A DNA stretch of 64,000 nucleotides from Sphaerodactylus townsendi (taxonomy: Eukaryota): the NCBI RefSeq assembly GCF_021028975.2, contig NC_059435.1:29140001-29204000 (forward strand). Direction: 5' to 3'. Under the pieces are notes generated by a model that made no database searches, was not told where the DNA came from, and saw only the letters and a program-made list of their open reading frames with translations. Below are positions 11,986 through 26,105 of the stretch, piece by piece. The position numbers and the translations under genes are program-made. Numbering within the stretch: position 1 is the first letter of the stretch; every line of letters starts with the position of its first letter.

Positions 11986-14059
11986 AATAATAGTTTGTTT
12001 TCTAAAGTTTGTGCTGTTTGGCTATTGCCCATGGCTTAAATAATACAGAAATATTTTCTTTAATAACAAAAATGAGCAAAAATTGAACACAATATGCCTG
12101 TTACGGCTTTAGCAGTGGAAAACATAAGGGTACTAATAATTCCATAAACCTTACAAAATAAACAGTTTTGCAACTATTTGCATCTTGGCTCCTGATATTT
12201 ACACATTAGTTACATCCTAATAAATAATTATTATAGCGGTTGACATCATATGAGACTTGTTTTGAGAATCCCAAATAACACTGGAAAAGAGAAGACCAGA
12301 TGCCTGCTGGGTCTTCTACTGCTTATTATCATCTTGTTTCTGTCTGCAGATGTCATCGGACTGGCTCTATTCTTTGTTCAGCGCTAGCAAATTGGCCAAT
12401 AAACTAGAGGTTCTTGGAAAAATAGACTATTTGTAAAGTGGCAGGGCCTCACCATCTTTTTGCTTTGCCCATATATCATTCTGCAAATGGGTTTTGAAGA
12501 TCTATTACTGTTCATGCTTCCTTGATTCCCTTCATAGTCAACTCCTGTTTCCAAACCAGCACCACCATTTTGTTATAGAGAACTACTAATTATGTGGAGA
12601 AAGCAAAAGGACATGGCTGTTTTTGCAGTTCCTCATACTGAAGACTCTAGTGACTATACCCTTGGGCCTTTGGCAGCTGCTTGTATTGATTCCGTGTAAG
12701 TGTGGTTACTTTTCTGTGGTGGTGTGACAGGATGCTGTTTGTTTTCACTTTCCATGCCTCAAATCAAAGATAGCTTTTGATACTTAATTCATACTCCTGA
12801 GTTCTTTATATTAAAAAATCGCGCAGCATCTATTATATTGCAATGCAATAATATACTGAAGTCTCTCTTTTTTAAAAGAGAAAATAATAAAACACATCCA
12901 AGTTACATTATTTTTCCTCTCTATCTTGATCTGACAAGAGCTGTCTAGATTATCTGAATGACCGTGAAATACTGAGTGGATTGTTCAATATAGAGATGTG
13001 TGAAAACCCAAGATAAATGTTGCTGGTTAGGTGTGTATTCCCCAATGAGATATCTCTAAAATTTCCCTCTAATTTCCACGGTAAGCAAAAATTTTACTCC
13101 CAGTTCTCATCAACTTTGCTTAATAAATGGAAATTTTCTTCTTATCAAATTCCCTACTGGACATCTAGGGCAAGTGGGAAGGAGATAGATTAGCATTTTA
13201 TATTTAATGTCTTCTGTGGGTCTCAGGTAGAGATTTTCAAAAGCCTCTTGAGAAATTTGACTCCTCTTTTGCTTTATTTCACGTTTCTCAGAAGATGTTT
13301 GAACTGTTCCTAAATCTTTTGGTCTCTCATTTTGGAACCCAGAAACATTACATGGCCCTTAGACTACAGCCACACATCATTGGGTAACGTCTTATTGTTA
13401 TGCAACCCCAATAGTTTGCAACTGGGTTTTCCTGTGTGAACAAGCCCATCCAGTCACAAACAATTGTTATAGTGCAACAAAATGTGGATGCAGTCCTTGT
13501 CTGACCCTCTAACCACAATATCATGCTGGTTCCACATTCCTACTGTAGTGAAAGCTAGCAAAAGACAGCCTGTAACAGAAGTTCTTTGTCATACCATTGT
13601 AGGTGGCAACAGCACAGAGGAAAAAGCACTTTTAGGCAACGACATATGAAAAGGGCCATATTCACTGCTGTGAAAAGACTTGTGGCTGTGAGGAGCTTTG
13701 CACCAGAGTCCTAAGCAAAGCGATACCCTTCTAATCCCATTGACTTCAACAGACATAAAAGGGGGTAACTCTGCTAAGGACTGCATGGTTAATTAGCAAC
13801 ACAGCAAGAGGCATCATCATACAGCATGCAATTAAGTATCAGGAGGTTTGCCTACATGATTCATCTACTGGGAGATGTGCGGTGAGCAGGTACTTTTCTA
13901 TCCAAGCCCACTTTCATCCACAAATGATATCCCACGGTGCCTTACTGCTGGCTGCGCAGAATATCCCTGCTGGCTACCCTTTCCCGCTTCTGCAGTTCTC
14001 TGGTCAACAAAGCAGGGAAAGTAGGATGCTGAATTTATCATATATTACTTTAGTACTTT

Positions 14060-16420
14060 ATTAGCATATCTTTCAATACACAGAAGAAAGTAGGTACACA
14101 TGTTTGGCGTTCAACATGCAAGGAAAGTTGTTGGAACATCAGGCAGGTCAGACAATTCAGGCATCTCTATAGATGTCTGGTGGCATACCCCAACAAAGTG
14201 TTTTGGAAAATTGCAACCTGAAAACTCACATTACCCAACATTCCAGGCGATGCATCTTTACACTGGCATGCTGGCATTATCTATCCTTTGATTATCATGT
14301 AAGGTCACACTCTCAAAATATCCACACCTTGAGAACTGCTATTTGAAATTTCAAATAGCATCCTTGGCAATACATTCATCTCAATCGCAGCATTCCTCTC
14401 CAACAATGATCACTGAAGTTTGTTCCACTTTGACAAACTTTTTCAAACTTCATTCTGTATTTTGACCTAGTTATTGTGAAATATCATACAAAAACGTAGA
14501 TATTTCACCTTCTTTCACCCTTAAAGGCCATTTTATTCGTCAGTTCTTTTTAATCCTGTAGCTTCATATATTTATTAAAATCTTGCTTTTCTGTTTATTA
14601 AACATGCTAAAGCATCAAATTCTCTTAATGTCAACATTAAGAATTCAGCTCCCCTTAAGGGGTTCTTCAAAACCAATACCAAGTCATCAGCAAATGCTCT
14701 TCATTTATAAGTCTCTTTCTTAATTTTTATACCCCCAATCCTCCCATCAAGTCTTATATCTCTATTCGGTACTTCAACAGCTAATATAAATAGGAGAGGA
14801 GACAGCCTTGTTCCTTTGTGTATCTCACATGGGTTTTTTTCCAACTCTCCGTTAACAATTATTTGACCTGACTGCAACATTACCCATTTTATACAAGTTC
14901 TACAAAATCCATATTTTCCAAAACCTTGAACAAAAAAAAGACCAATTCAAACTGTCAAACACTTTTTTTGCATGTAGAAAGATCATAGCAGCTTTTTTAT
15001 TATGTTCCTCCAAATATTGCAAGATATCCATTGTCTTTTAGCTAAAAATTCACATTAATCTTCATACATAAATTCTTCTAGCTCTATTTTTGGTCTGTCA
15101 GCTAAGATTGTAGTAAGCGACTTATAGTCATTATTCAGTAATAATATTGGTCTGTAATTTCTTGTCAAACATCAGTCCTGCCCTTCTTTAAGTACTAATG
15201 TTATATTGACCTCTTTCCATGACTCTTGCATCTTTCCTCCTTGCAAGATGGAGTTCATTGTATTCTGTAATGGTTGTAAAATATCATCTTCAAAACACTT
15301 ATAACAAACCTGACAAACCATCTGGGCCAGGGATCTTTCCTAGTTCTTTTCCTGTTATCGTACCATTCATAATATGCTTTTGTTTTTATGCAGTCTTGGG
15401 TAGATTTTGCTATCTTGGGTTCCTTCTGCACATGCAGAATAATGCACTTTCAATCCACTTTCAATGCACTTTGCAGCTGGGTTTTACTGTGCAGAATAGC
15501 AAAATCCACTTGCAAACAATTGTGAAAGTGGATTGAAAGTGGATTATTCTACATCTGCAGAAGTGGCCTAAGAGAGTCTTCTACTTTTACCCGTGGAATC
15601 TCTTGTCCTTTGTATTAAAAAAAACCCTTTTAAAATCAACATTATCCATTAAGGTATTGTCCCTTTCTTGCAATTTCAATATCCTTTTCTTTTCGCTCCC
15701 TTAGTTTCTTAGTTCTCATGCTAACCATCTACCTGGTTTGATTGTAAATTAAAAATTCTTTTGCTTTGCATATTTTACTTTTGTTTCCACTTCTCTGATT
15801 ATTAGCATAGATAACTGCTGTAGTGAAATATTCTTATCTCTCCTCTTTCTCCTCTTTTTTCTAATCTCATCCAAATATTCTGCATTTTCTATTGTCTCTT
15901 TTTCCTAAATTCACAATTATATTGTATCAGTTAACCTCTCAAAAATCTCTACTTGCATCCCAAGCCATTTTCAAGTCTGTTTCCTTATTTAAATTGAGTT
16001 AAAAATTCTTTTCCTTTTTTCTTACAGTTCTGCACAACTCATTTAGTCTTCATCTAAAAATATTATGTTTTCTTTTACAAACCAGAGTTACAGGATTATA
16101 ATCTGAAACAGTCTTTGGTATGATTTCTACTTTACATACTATAGACTCCAAGTCCCTAGAAACCCAAATCATACCTATTCTTGAATGGATCTATGTCTTG
16201 CTGAAAAAAAGCATGTTCTTTTAAGCTTCCATTTTTCTATTCCCACATATCAATCAGACCCAAGTTATCCATAAAATTAAGAAAAGCTTTGGCAATTTAC
16301 CTTGTGTATTTTAAATTTTATTTCCAGAACACCTATCCACCTGTAGCAAAATTACTTCCAGAAAGTTAACTTCCTTCCCCACATATTTACCATGCATATC
16401 AGTACCAATTTAGGATCTAA
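14060..16420 (-). mobile_element. Decayed L1-clade LINE ORF2
   Basis: Minus-strand motifs RAFADDL (~14680-14700), RNYRPI (~15143-15162), PGPDG (~15318-15332) and SRI (~16175); minus strand strongly A-rich; many stops. Confidence 0.85.
15418..15568. mobile_element. Palindromic PIF/Harbinger-like MITE nested in L1
   Basis: Inverted arms cttctgcacatgcagaataat.cactttcaatccactttca / tgaaagtggattgaaagtg.attattctacatctgcagaag, ending ggcc|taa. Confidence 0.75.
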
Positions 16421-18132
16421 ATATGATTTGACACATAACACCACCCTTGTTTCCTTTTTAATACTGGCTGGGCTTATAGTAAGAAGGCTTTGATTGGGTG
16501 ACCTCCATCAGATATTTGGCGTAGGAATGCTTTTAGTATGGCAAGGTGAAGATATATGAAATATGTAATTGTCATTGATCCTAATATCCTAGTTGGGGTT
16601 CTGGCATCCGTATTTCACCACGATACTCAGATGCTTCCAAATTGCTAGATTTCTAATAATATCTTCGTTGAGATATTTTTCTGCCCAAACCAAATAAAGT
16701 TTGGAGAAAGGGAAGGGTTTATCATGAGCAGAGGCAGAGCTAGGGGAAACTCTGCCTGGGGGCGCGGGCTGCACCCCTGCCACCACATCAACATCAAACA
16801 TCAAAACATCCAATAGGTTCATGCAAGCACACTCATCTAATCGAACTGCTTAAGTAAACCTGTGACCTTAGGGAAGGTCTTTAAATTAACTCACTGTATG
16901 ATAACGTCTAGAAATTACAAGTTCTATCCCCACAGGTCAGGGCTCCATTCAGCTGTGAAGCTCAGTAGTTGTCCTTGTGCTGGTCACATCCTCTTTTTCT
17001 TTTTCCTTGATGGAAGGGTAGGACATAAATGAAGAATTTTCTATGTGACCTTGTCAAGCAAGGCCATTTCTGAACATATCAGCAATTAGATTCCAAGGTG
17101 AAATTCTTGTTTGGTGTTACATTTCTCCCTATCTGGCTCTCACTGTTTTTCTGCATTACCAAAGAAGAGAGTGGGGTTACGTGTGGAGGGCTGGCATGAA
17201 AGTGATTTCCTTCAGGGCTGCTGCGTATGATACTGTTTGTCTCCCACCCAAATGATCTCAGACCTTTGTGGTGGACATGTGCAAGGAGGACTGAAAACTG
17301 CTGATTGAACTGTCAGGTTACATTAGGGAGATATGACCCTTGCATCACGAAGATCATGCATGGACCATTATCTATTGCAAGACCTACGGCTGGTATTTTA
17401 CTCTGGCATTTCACGGAGGTGATACAAATCTTGCTTTTTGTTTTCTGAGTGGTGTCTGTGATCTGCTCCACCAGAACTTGTTGTTGGTACCAGGACCCAG
17501 CATCTGAAAAACAAAGTGAAATAGGATGAGCTGTGCAATCACTGCTTCCGGCTACTCAAGGAATTCTCGAAACTCAGTGTTCTCGCAGTCAGTGTGCTAC
17601 TACACAACCTGAGGTTATGGGAGGCCAAGGAGAAAACTTGCTTATACCTGATTACTGAAGTCAACATGATATTAACAAAAACCAGTACGATAAGAACTGT
17701 TCATGAACCACAGCAGCCATAGCACTGGTGCTTCAGTTTCCTCTGATTTGTCTTATCTGTGTGAACATTGCTACATCTATAATTCTGTGTGTATTTGCTA
17801 AGGAATAAATTCCTTCAGATAACGGGGGCATCCCTATGCCAGTTTATGGAGAAGGATCGAGTTGCAACACTGCTGACACGTGGAAATAATCTTTTGTGTA
17901 GAAAATGCTGAGAAATGGATCTGATGAATGCTAGTAAGACACAGATCTCAGTCACAATCCAGTGCCAAAAAGTCCCACTTTTTAAAATTACTGCTGCCCT
18001 GTGGAGATAGTTGCTTTGAAACGAACAGTTCAGAAATGAGACTCTTGTTTCAATCTGTTGAATGTAAATAGCCAAGGAAATTGAGTCTATTATACTACTG
18101 CTTTCAAATTATTCATTACTAGGTCTCACCAA

Positions 18133-18594
18133 GGCCCTTTCCGCACAGGCAATATACAGCGGCCCAGGGATGGCAAAAACGCCATCCCTGGGTGGTTGTT
18201 GACACACTCCTGGCCACCCGAAAGCAGTGTGAAGCCGCTGCTTTTAACCTCGCAAAACAAGTGAGGTTTTTGCTAAGGAGCGTCTTCCCATCAGCGCGGT
18301 GCGAACCACACCGCTGGGAAGACGCTGCTTCCCCCGCCGCCTCCACTCACCGTCATGTCCAGCGTCACCCTGGAGGGCTGCAGGGACCTGCCCTGGAGGT
18401 CAGAGGGCAGTGTGGGCGGGTCCCTGCAGCCCTCCAGAGCGACGCTGGACATGACGGTGGGTGGAGGGGGCTGACCTCTCCGGCTGGGGGGGAGCGGGGG
18501 CCGCTCGCACACTAGTGTGCAAACAGTCCCTGAGCCTCTACCGGCATAAATTATGCCGGTGGAGGCTTGTTTCCACCCGTGTGCGGAAAGGGCC
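18133..18594. mobile_element. PIF/Harbinger-like MITE, GC-rich
   Basis: TIR ggccctttccgcac / gtgcggaaagggcc; 3-bp TSD caa; second copy at 55283-55786. Confidence 0.9.
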
Positions 18595-21426
18595 CAAGTT
18601 TCAGAAGCATTGCTTTGAATAGTTGGAGGTTTGGGGACATCTCCCTCACTGATGGCTATTCATGGCTATTCTTTACCTGAAATAATAACTTTTAAATGGG
18701 GATGATATTAGTACTGCATTCCTTCAAACCAGGACCCCCCCCCAACCCTGTATGTATATAACATTAAACTATATTTCAAGTGAAAGCCCAGTCTTGACTT
18801 ACAGTTCAAGCAGGAGCCCAGATAGCAAATGGAACTTCATCATTGGCGAGAAAAACTTTTAAGATGAACACCCACTTCATTGATATTGCACGGCAAGCTG
18901 ATCCTTTGCAAATAAAATTTGACTATCGCAGTGTAATTATGTTTTGGAGATCTCCAGAGGTTCTAAGGTTGTCATAGTGACAATGTCTATTTTAGGAGAA
19001 TCTATTTTAACTCTTGGGAAAAGTGATCTGACAAAGGGAGCCATGACTCTTCAAAACTTATGCCCTGAAAATCTTGTTGGTTTGAAAGGCTCTACTGTAC
19101 TCCTATACAGCTGTTTTACTGTAGACCCACATGGCTACCCTCTAATACTGAAACATACATGTTATGTATCTGTTTCATGATTCATAGTACATTGGGGAGC
19201 ACTTTTTCCCTCAACTTTGGCCTTGCAGAAAGCAACTTGTTAGTGAAATCCCTAAGGTAAGATTAGAGGCCTTTACCTGGTTGGTGGATCTCGCTGATGA
19301 GAAATATTGGCTGTAGATGTTGCTTATGATGAACCAGCAAGATAGAAGGGAGATTGAATTGGGCTATAAAATAGGGTTGAAGGGAGTAGACAGGTCACCT
19401 GGCAGAAAGGAGCTGGGTTTGCCTTATGGTGCTATCTGCTTGAGTTTCCATCCAGGTTTTTATTTATTGTTGAATATGAAGACAACTTCAAGTGACAGAC
19501 TTGGAACACTACTGTTTTCCAGTCCATTTACAAGCCAGTGCTAAACAAAATTTCTCTCTGTGTGTGTGCTTTGGCACCGGTTCTATAAGAATTGTGCTTA
19601 ACAAAGGCACCCAGCTGCTGGAAAGAAAACAACATTTTTAATGATATTTTGAGCCGCGATTCCCAAATTGTCCAGGCTGCATCAAAAAGATGTAAGATGC
19701 TTCGAGATCTAGGATTGGATCCTGGCAGCATTAAAAAAAGTGTGAACTGGAACTGCAGGGTCTGTCTGAGCTGTGGCTGTGTGGGAAGGAAGAGGGAGCT
19801 TCTTTCTCTCCTATTTCTCGCCTTTTTTTTCTTTGAGGGCTATTATGAATTTAGAGGGAAGAAGTTTGTTTTGACCATTGAAACGTTATGATGAAACTGC
19901 AGCTTCAGTTTGCACTACAAAGACGTGATTGTGCCTCTCCCAGCACTTTGACGAGTTTGAGCCTAAATAATTGAGCTTATGTGGGTAATAGAGTATTGGT
20001 ATGAAACTGGAAGCCCTATGTTTATTATGCAGTTGACTGGGTGGCCTTGGGTCAATTATTTGCTCTCAAATTAACATACCTCATGAGGGTGTTGGGATGA
20101 TAAAACTGAGGAGAACCATCTATGCTGTCCTAAATAAATGAAAAAATGAAAAATTAATAGATACAAATTGGTTGGAGGGAAAGGCAGTTTGCAAGAACGA
20201 AAGAAAACAGAACTGAAAATGTACTTCTATTTGTAAAGTTTCTTGTGCATAACTGATGGATGTGTGCTGTGATATTAAGTGCATTTCCTTAGAAGGGAAG
20301 CTCCACTGAACATGATAGGGCTTCCTTTGAAGTCACCATTGCAGGATTGGGCAGGGAATGAATCGTTCACAATAGAACTGGGCTATATAAAAAGGTCAAA
20401 GAACTCCAAATGACTTTGAAGTTCAGTTTTTTCTTCTTCATGAAGCGGGTCTCTGTTTGATGACAGGTAACGTGTCTGTAGAAGTGAGAGGAACATATTT
20501 GACAGTCTTTAGGTTGTTCAATTTACTCCAGAGTTCAGCAACTGACAGCAAGCCTCCAAAAAAGAATGGTGAAAATTTGATTTTTTTTGTCCCTTTATCC
20601 TGTTGCTGCTGTTTCTGTTGATGTCTTATACATATATTTGACTTGGTTGGGTCAGGGGTTCTTTATGACCTTGCAGGAAAAAAATGAGGTCTGCTTTTGG
20701 AAGCATTTGTCATGGAATGAGACTGATATAGATAGAGATGCCAAGAAAAACAGAAGCCTACATGAAAGCTGTCTCAAAACATTTAGTGCCATTGTTTTAC
20801 AGCCAATTTACACAAATTTTGATCTGACTCCCTTTTGCTAGTCTGCCCTCGGATACAGAGTGGCTTCCTCGGACAAGTTTCCTGTTCTTCTGTCACAGGA
20901 AATCTGGGGTCACATCTAGATGTTGCAGTACTCATAGGGAGATTTCACATGTATAATAGTTAACATATACATTGGGTGTGTTAAGCTGGTACCTTGCCAC
21001 CATTGGAATGCATTTTAAAGATTCCATGCTGATTTCTTGCTATCTTTTTGGCCTGTGTCAGTTAAATGTTTGCATTATGCCTCTGAGAATGAAGATTTTA
21101 GATTTGGTTGACTATAGAATTCTAATTCTAATCTCCCCACCTCCCCAGACTATAGAAATTGAGTTAAGTATTCTTCTTTGCAGCATCCTCTACCAGCCGG
21201 TGCCAAATTATCATTAACTTCTTGGAATATGGAAATATTGTATAGAACCGCACTTTGAGGATTTAGTTCTCAGGGTCTAAAACTCTGACTTTGAAAGTGA
21301 TAATAGGAGCCATCAGCAGGCAGTCTTTCTTAGAACAAAGAGGAAGAAGAAACTCAATTGACTGTTTTAACAGCTGCTCCACCAAAATGTTTCTTGGTTG
21401 ATTACACACCAAGTCTTTGTTGCATA

Positions 21427-21510
21427 TCATAGAATCATAGAGTTGGAAGAGACCACAAGGACCATCAAGTCCAACCTCCTGCAATGCAGGAACACATAAT
21501 CAAAACACTT
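21427..21510 (-). mobile_element. CR1 LINE 3' end
   Basis: atcatagaatcatagagttggaag...atcaagtccaacc is the reverse complement of the CR1 (attctatg)n terminus. Confidence 0.85.
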
Positions 21511-23080
21511 TAAAAACCTCTAAAGAAGGAGATCAGTGATCACCACAGCAAGATTTCTTGCACGGACATATCTTCTGGAGTCTGGAGCATATTTTCACTT
21601 TCCTCTCTCTTCATGGCAAGCAAAACCACTTATGGTATAATTTATGGTTTGCTTTGCTGGAGTCAGCAGACTTTGTTCCTCAATGTGCTTAATAGTCCTC
21701 TTTAACTAGAGTTCCTATTATTTTACCTGAAACAGATGTTAGGCTAACCAGCCTGTAATTTTATGGCTCCCCTGGAACACGTTTTAATCACTCAAGTGAG
21801 GACATTTGCTTTTTCCCAGACATCTGGAACACAGACCAATTTTGGTGAGAAGTGGCACATATGTGTTATTAGATCAATATTTGTATTTGTTGACTAAATA
21901 ATTCAGTTTGCATTAGCTGTAGATGTTCAGCCATTCATTGTGTTTTCTGAGATTAAAAATTAGTACTGACTCCAAATGAATCAATAAACCTGGTTCTGTC
22001 ACATATCAGATATCTTAATTGCCTTCCAATGTGGTTCTCACTTTAAAAAATTCTTCAAACAGCTAGTTAGATGGTAATGAGTCCTTTTGAATTGTTGGGG
22101 TTTGTGTATTCTTCCATTTATATGGTTTGAACTTAGTTTTAAGACTTTCTACCCTGCTGTCAAACTATTTTAATTATAATAGAGATCTTCCTAGCATTCA
22201 CAATTGCACAACAGTCAGTTTGTCTCATCTTACCTTGTTGTTGAATTTACGGAGGCTGTTGATTTGGGAAGATCCTGTTCCTCCTTTCCATAGATGTCAT
22301 TTGAAACAATCATCTCTGATTGTTGCTCGAGTTGCACAAATATCAGCACTGGAGCAAGATAAGGTAATTTTTCATGGCATTGACTTTTTTCTGTGGAAAG
22401 ATCCAGCTAACCTCTTGGCTTTTCTTAATAAGTGCTAATATATATGCCATTTAATGCCAGCAGGCTACATTTTGTCCTCATTAACTGAGATAATTGTAAT
22501 AGCTGGTAGCATTTTAAATCACTGTAGCAATGTATCAGAGCTGGGCTTTCAAGAATACATTTGCAGCTCTCTTTATAAGGTTCTCTTAGACAGTGGATGT
22601 TAAAAGATCAGAGGTTATGATTTTAGGTTTTCTATTCCAGTAAAACACTCTTTATGTTTTGGCTGAGATCCCTGATATTAAATGGACATTAAAGGGCTGT
22701 ATATGTGTGTGTCTGACCATGTGTATTTAAGAACCCTTAGGAAATGTTTTAATAGAATTCAAAAAGGAGAAGAAGGTCTTTAAAAAATGGAGAAAATGAA
22801 GCTAACTGTAGTCAGTATATTCAACAAAACTTATGACAAATTGCATGTTAAAACACTAAAAATGGGTTTCCTAACCCCATGTTTGCTGAATATTGAATAA
22901 CCAGACTACAGGTTTAGAAGACTATCAGAAGGGAATGAGCATGTGTATATGTGTGTGTGCATGCTTCATCTTTACATTATCTACCCATCTGCTACCATTT
23001 TCAACAAGACATTACATTTTCAGCCTGGCATTTCTGGGGAAAGGAGGGTCCAAATGGTTAGGGAGAGTAATTGATAAATC

Positions 23081-23250
23081 CAGAGCCGTAGTGGGGGAGA
23101 ACTGAGCCCAGGGCATGTGTGTGTCCTGTGTCCCTGCCCCCCCCCCCCCCCCGCCTGCCCCTGCCATGTCCGGGACACCCCCACCACGCCCTCACACCAA
23201 CACGTACTTGGTGCAAGATGCCCCCCTGCCCCCTGGGCGCTACACCACTG
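23081..23250. mobile_element. GC-rich hAT-like MITE (CAGTGGCGTAG-type ends)
   Basis: Ends cagagccgtag / ctacaccactg; TSD gataaatc/gataaaac. Confidence 0.75.
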
Positions 23251-24714
23251 GATAAAACCAAGCAAACAAGAAAAGTGTCTAATTATGTTCTACTTTTCCT
23301 CTGACCATGTTTCTCTGCCATGTTATTCTGGCTTAAAAACCTGCCTTTAGTGATGTGAAGTGCTGATGTGCTTTGAGCAATTCATGGGCTGCTGTAAGGA
23401 AGCCTTGGAGCTGACCATGGTCCTGAAATAATTGAGTCAACATATATTAGCTGGTCCAATGTGGGACTTGTGCAATTGATATTGTTATTTCGCTTAATTC
23501 CTATTGTATTATGAATTGTTATTTACTATGCCATTCTTATTGAACTATGTATTGTTAATTACTATGTTGTGCACCACCCTGAGCCCTCCGGGGGAGGGTG
23601 GTATATAAATTAAATATCAAATAAAATAAAAACAATATTATTACACTGCTGCAGAACTTCCCAACATGGGTGGTGATAAATGTGGATGGGATTTCTTTGT
23701 TTTTTTACACAATACAGCAGGAACCTCTGTGGTACACACCTCACTAAAATGGGTGAAGAGCATTGTAGAAGAGCATCAGAAGATTGCTTCATTATACAGC
23801 CAGCTGTAATGTTGTACTATTTCATCATTTCACTTTGATAGGGTGAATCAACTGAATGTCTTGCAGCCTAGTGAACAACGGGAAAGCAGGTGGTTAAGGT
23901 TCTTCTCCAAGTCTGGCTTCGTTTGTGGCATTCTGGGTGCCTTAAGAGCACCCTGTTGGGCTGAAATTCACAAGCTCCGAGTTCAACCTTTGCTAGATTG
24001 AGAGACTGATGTATAATCTCTCAAACAGAATGAATTCATTTTAATCTGAGTCCTTGAAGCTTGGAACTAGTATGTCCTCCAGTGATCTCTAAAGTATACC
24101 AAAAGGAGAATAAGGCTCTTTGGTCTTTGAATAAATTACTTAACCCCTGTGATTTGCCATCTGCAAAATGAGTTGACAGGAAAGTCATAAAAATTAACAC
24201 TGGAAAACTATTTGGGGATCATCAGAAAGAAGTTGCTTGCAAATCATTGTTGTGTTATAATTACACTGAGAAAGAACACCAAGTACATTGAGATGAACAT
24301 TTGCTTCAGTGGATTTCGCTCATTAGTATGCATGGAAATTGTGTGGCCTTTCTTTGTGACTGATGATCTGGAGTCATTGCTGCATACATTTATCCAAAAC
24401 TCAGAGAAGCACTGAAGCAATGTTGTCGAAGATTACTTAGGGTATAGTTTCCTTTGGGAGCCCAGGTAGCCATTACATTGACTGTCAGGCAGGCAGGCAG
24501 GCAGGCAGAGGGGGCAGCACTACCAGAACTGAGCAGGCTGGCCTTCTTCCCCCTCAGAGTCTCACAGCTTCTCCACTTATCCGAGCTTTGTTCCTTGAGT
24601 GACATTAAAGCGAGATGAGCCATTATGCCACTGCCATTTCCTTTTGCCTTTCATTCCTGATCCATCTGTTTCTTTAACACAGTTTCTATGCCATAGAAGC
24701 CCTTTACTGACATT

Positions 24715-25196
24715 GGCCCTTTTCACACACACCATTTAAAATTTTTCCAGGCAAGAAATCAAGCATTTCCTCCATGGAGTTCCACACTGTTTTTTCCCCT
24801 CTTTAGTTCCGAAAATGTTTTCAAACAGCTTTTTCTATTTTTTTTTAAAAAGCCTTTAAAATGATTATTTTTTCTGAAATGTCCCTGAGCTGGCTTCCCT
24901 CTCAGTGTGATCATATTTACAATGTATTATCTTTCCCACTGCTGTTTTCCATGCCTCTGTACCACTGCCCAACTTCCCCCTCGGTGCCATTTTTTCTTCT
25001 CCTGATTACACTCCTTCCCCCTTTACCTCTGTTTTTTTCTCATATCTTGTGGGATTTTTTTGCTGTTTTGGGTGAATCTATGAAGCCTCAGTTAAACAGC
25101 ACTACAGAGCATTGAAGCAGGTGAATCAACATCATGGTGAAGGGGAGAATCAAGACGTTCTGGAAATGTTGTAATGTGACTTGTGTGGAATGGGCC
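24715..25196. mobile_element. Older PIF/Harbinger-like MITE
   Basis: TIR ggcccttttcacaca / tgtgtggaatgggcc; TSD att. Confidence 0.7.
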
Positions 25197-25944
25197 ATTA
25201 TGTCCTTACGTATTGACAGGCTGGTAGCCATGCATAGATCCTCCCAACAAATGGAATTTTTAATGAATGTACACCTTCAGTAAACTAGCCACTAGATTTC
25301 CTATGGTTCTTGCTCAGATTTAGATATATAATTTTCATGCTCAAACAAGAATTAAGTTGCTTAATAATTTAAATAACCATTTGGTCAAAAGCCTAGGAAG
25401 GAAGGAGCACAGACAGGTGAGCGAAGCAAAGATGCAGGAAGAAACATCATTCTGAAGAACAGAGAGGGAGTCAGTGGCTATGCTGAGGGAATGAAGCTGG
25501 TCTTAGGATGCAGTGGCAAGGGACCAACAGGCTAACTGGCATCACCTGGAACCTTACCAGAACCTGTAGGATTTGGGTAGGGATGTGTACTTGGATATTA
25601 GTTCATCAAAACCAAACTAAAAATTCATCATACATATGAACTGAACAATTAATGATAGTGGTATTTTAAAATCTGTATCTCACACATACAGGCAAGCGAG
25701 TGCTGCCATTTGGAAGTCATTCTCTACCCATCACCACCACTGGGCAGCCCTTAGTAATACTAGAAATACAGAGATAGGTAATAACAAGCTTCACAGAGTG
25801 ACTGGTATGGACCGTATGTGTGTGCAGTGTTGTCATTCTTGGGCTGGTGTCTAGCACTGCTTCAAAGGCCTCTGAAGACAGTGTATTTAGCTGTTTAATC
25901 TTGTGAATGTAGAATCAGTCAATTATGAACCACTGAAAGTGAGT

Positions 25945-26105
25945 ATTTATTTGCTTCATTTATACCCCCCTTTTTTCCACATTGGGGACCCAAAGTGGCT
26001 TACAACATTTGCCTCCATTTTATCTTCACAATAATCCTGTGAGGGAGGTTAGTATGAGAGTTTGTGACTAGCCCAGGATCACCCAGCAAGCTTCCAAGGC
26101 AGTGA
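25945..26105 (-). mobile_element. SINE fragment (Squam3/MIR-related)
   Basis: cccaaagtggcttac...tgtgactagcccaggatcacccagc is shared with the other SINE copies. Confidence 0.6.
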
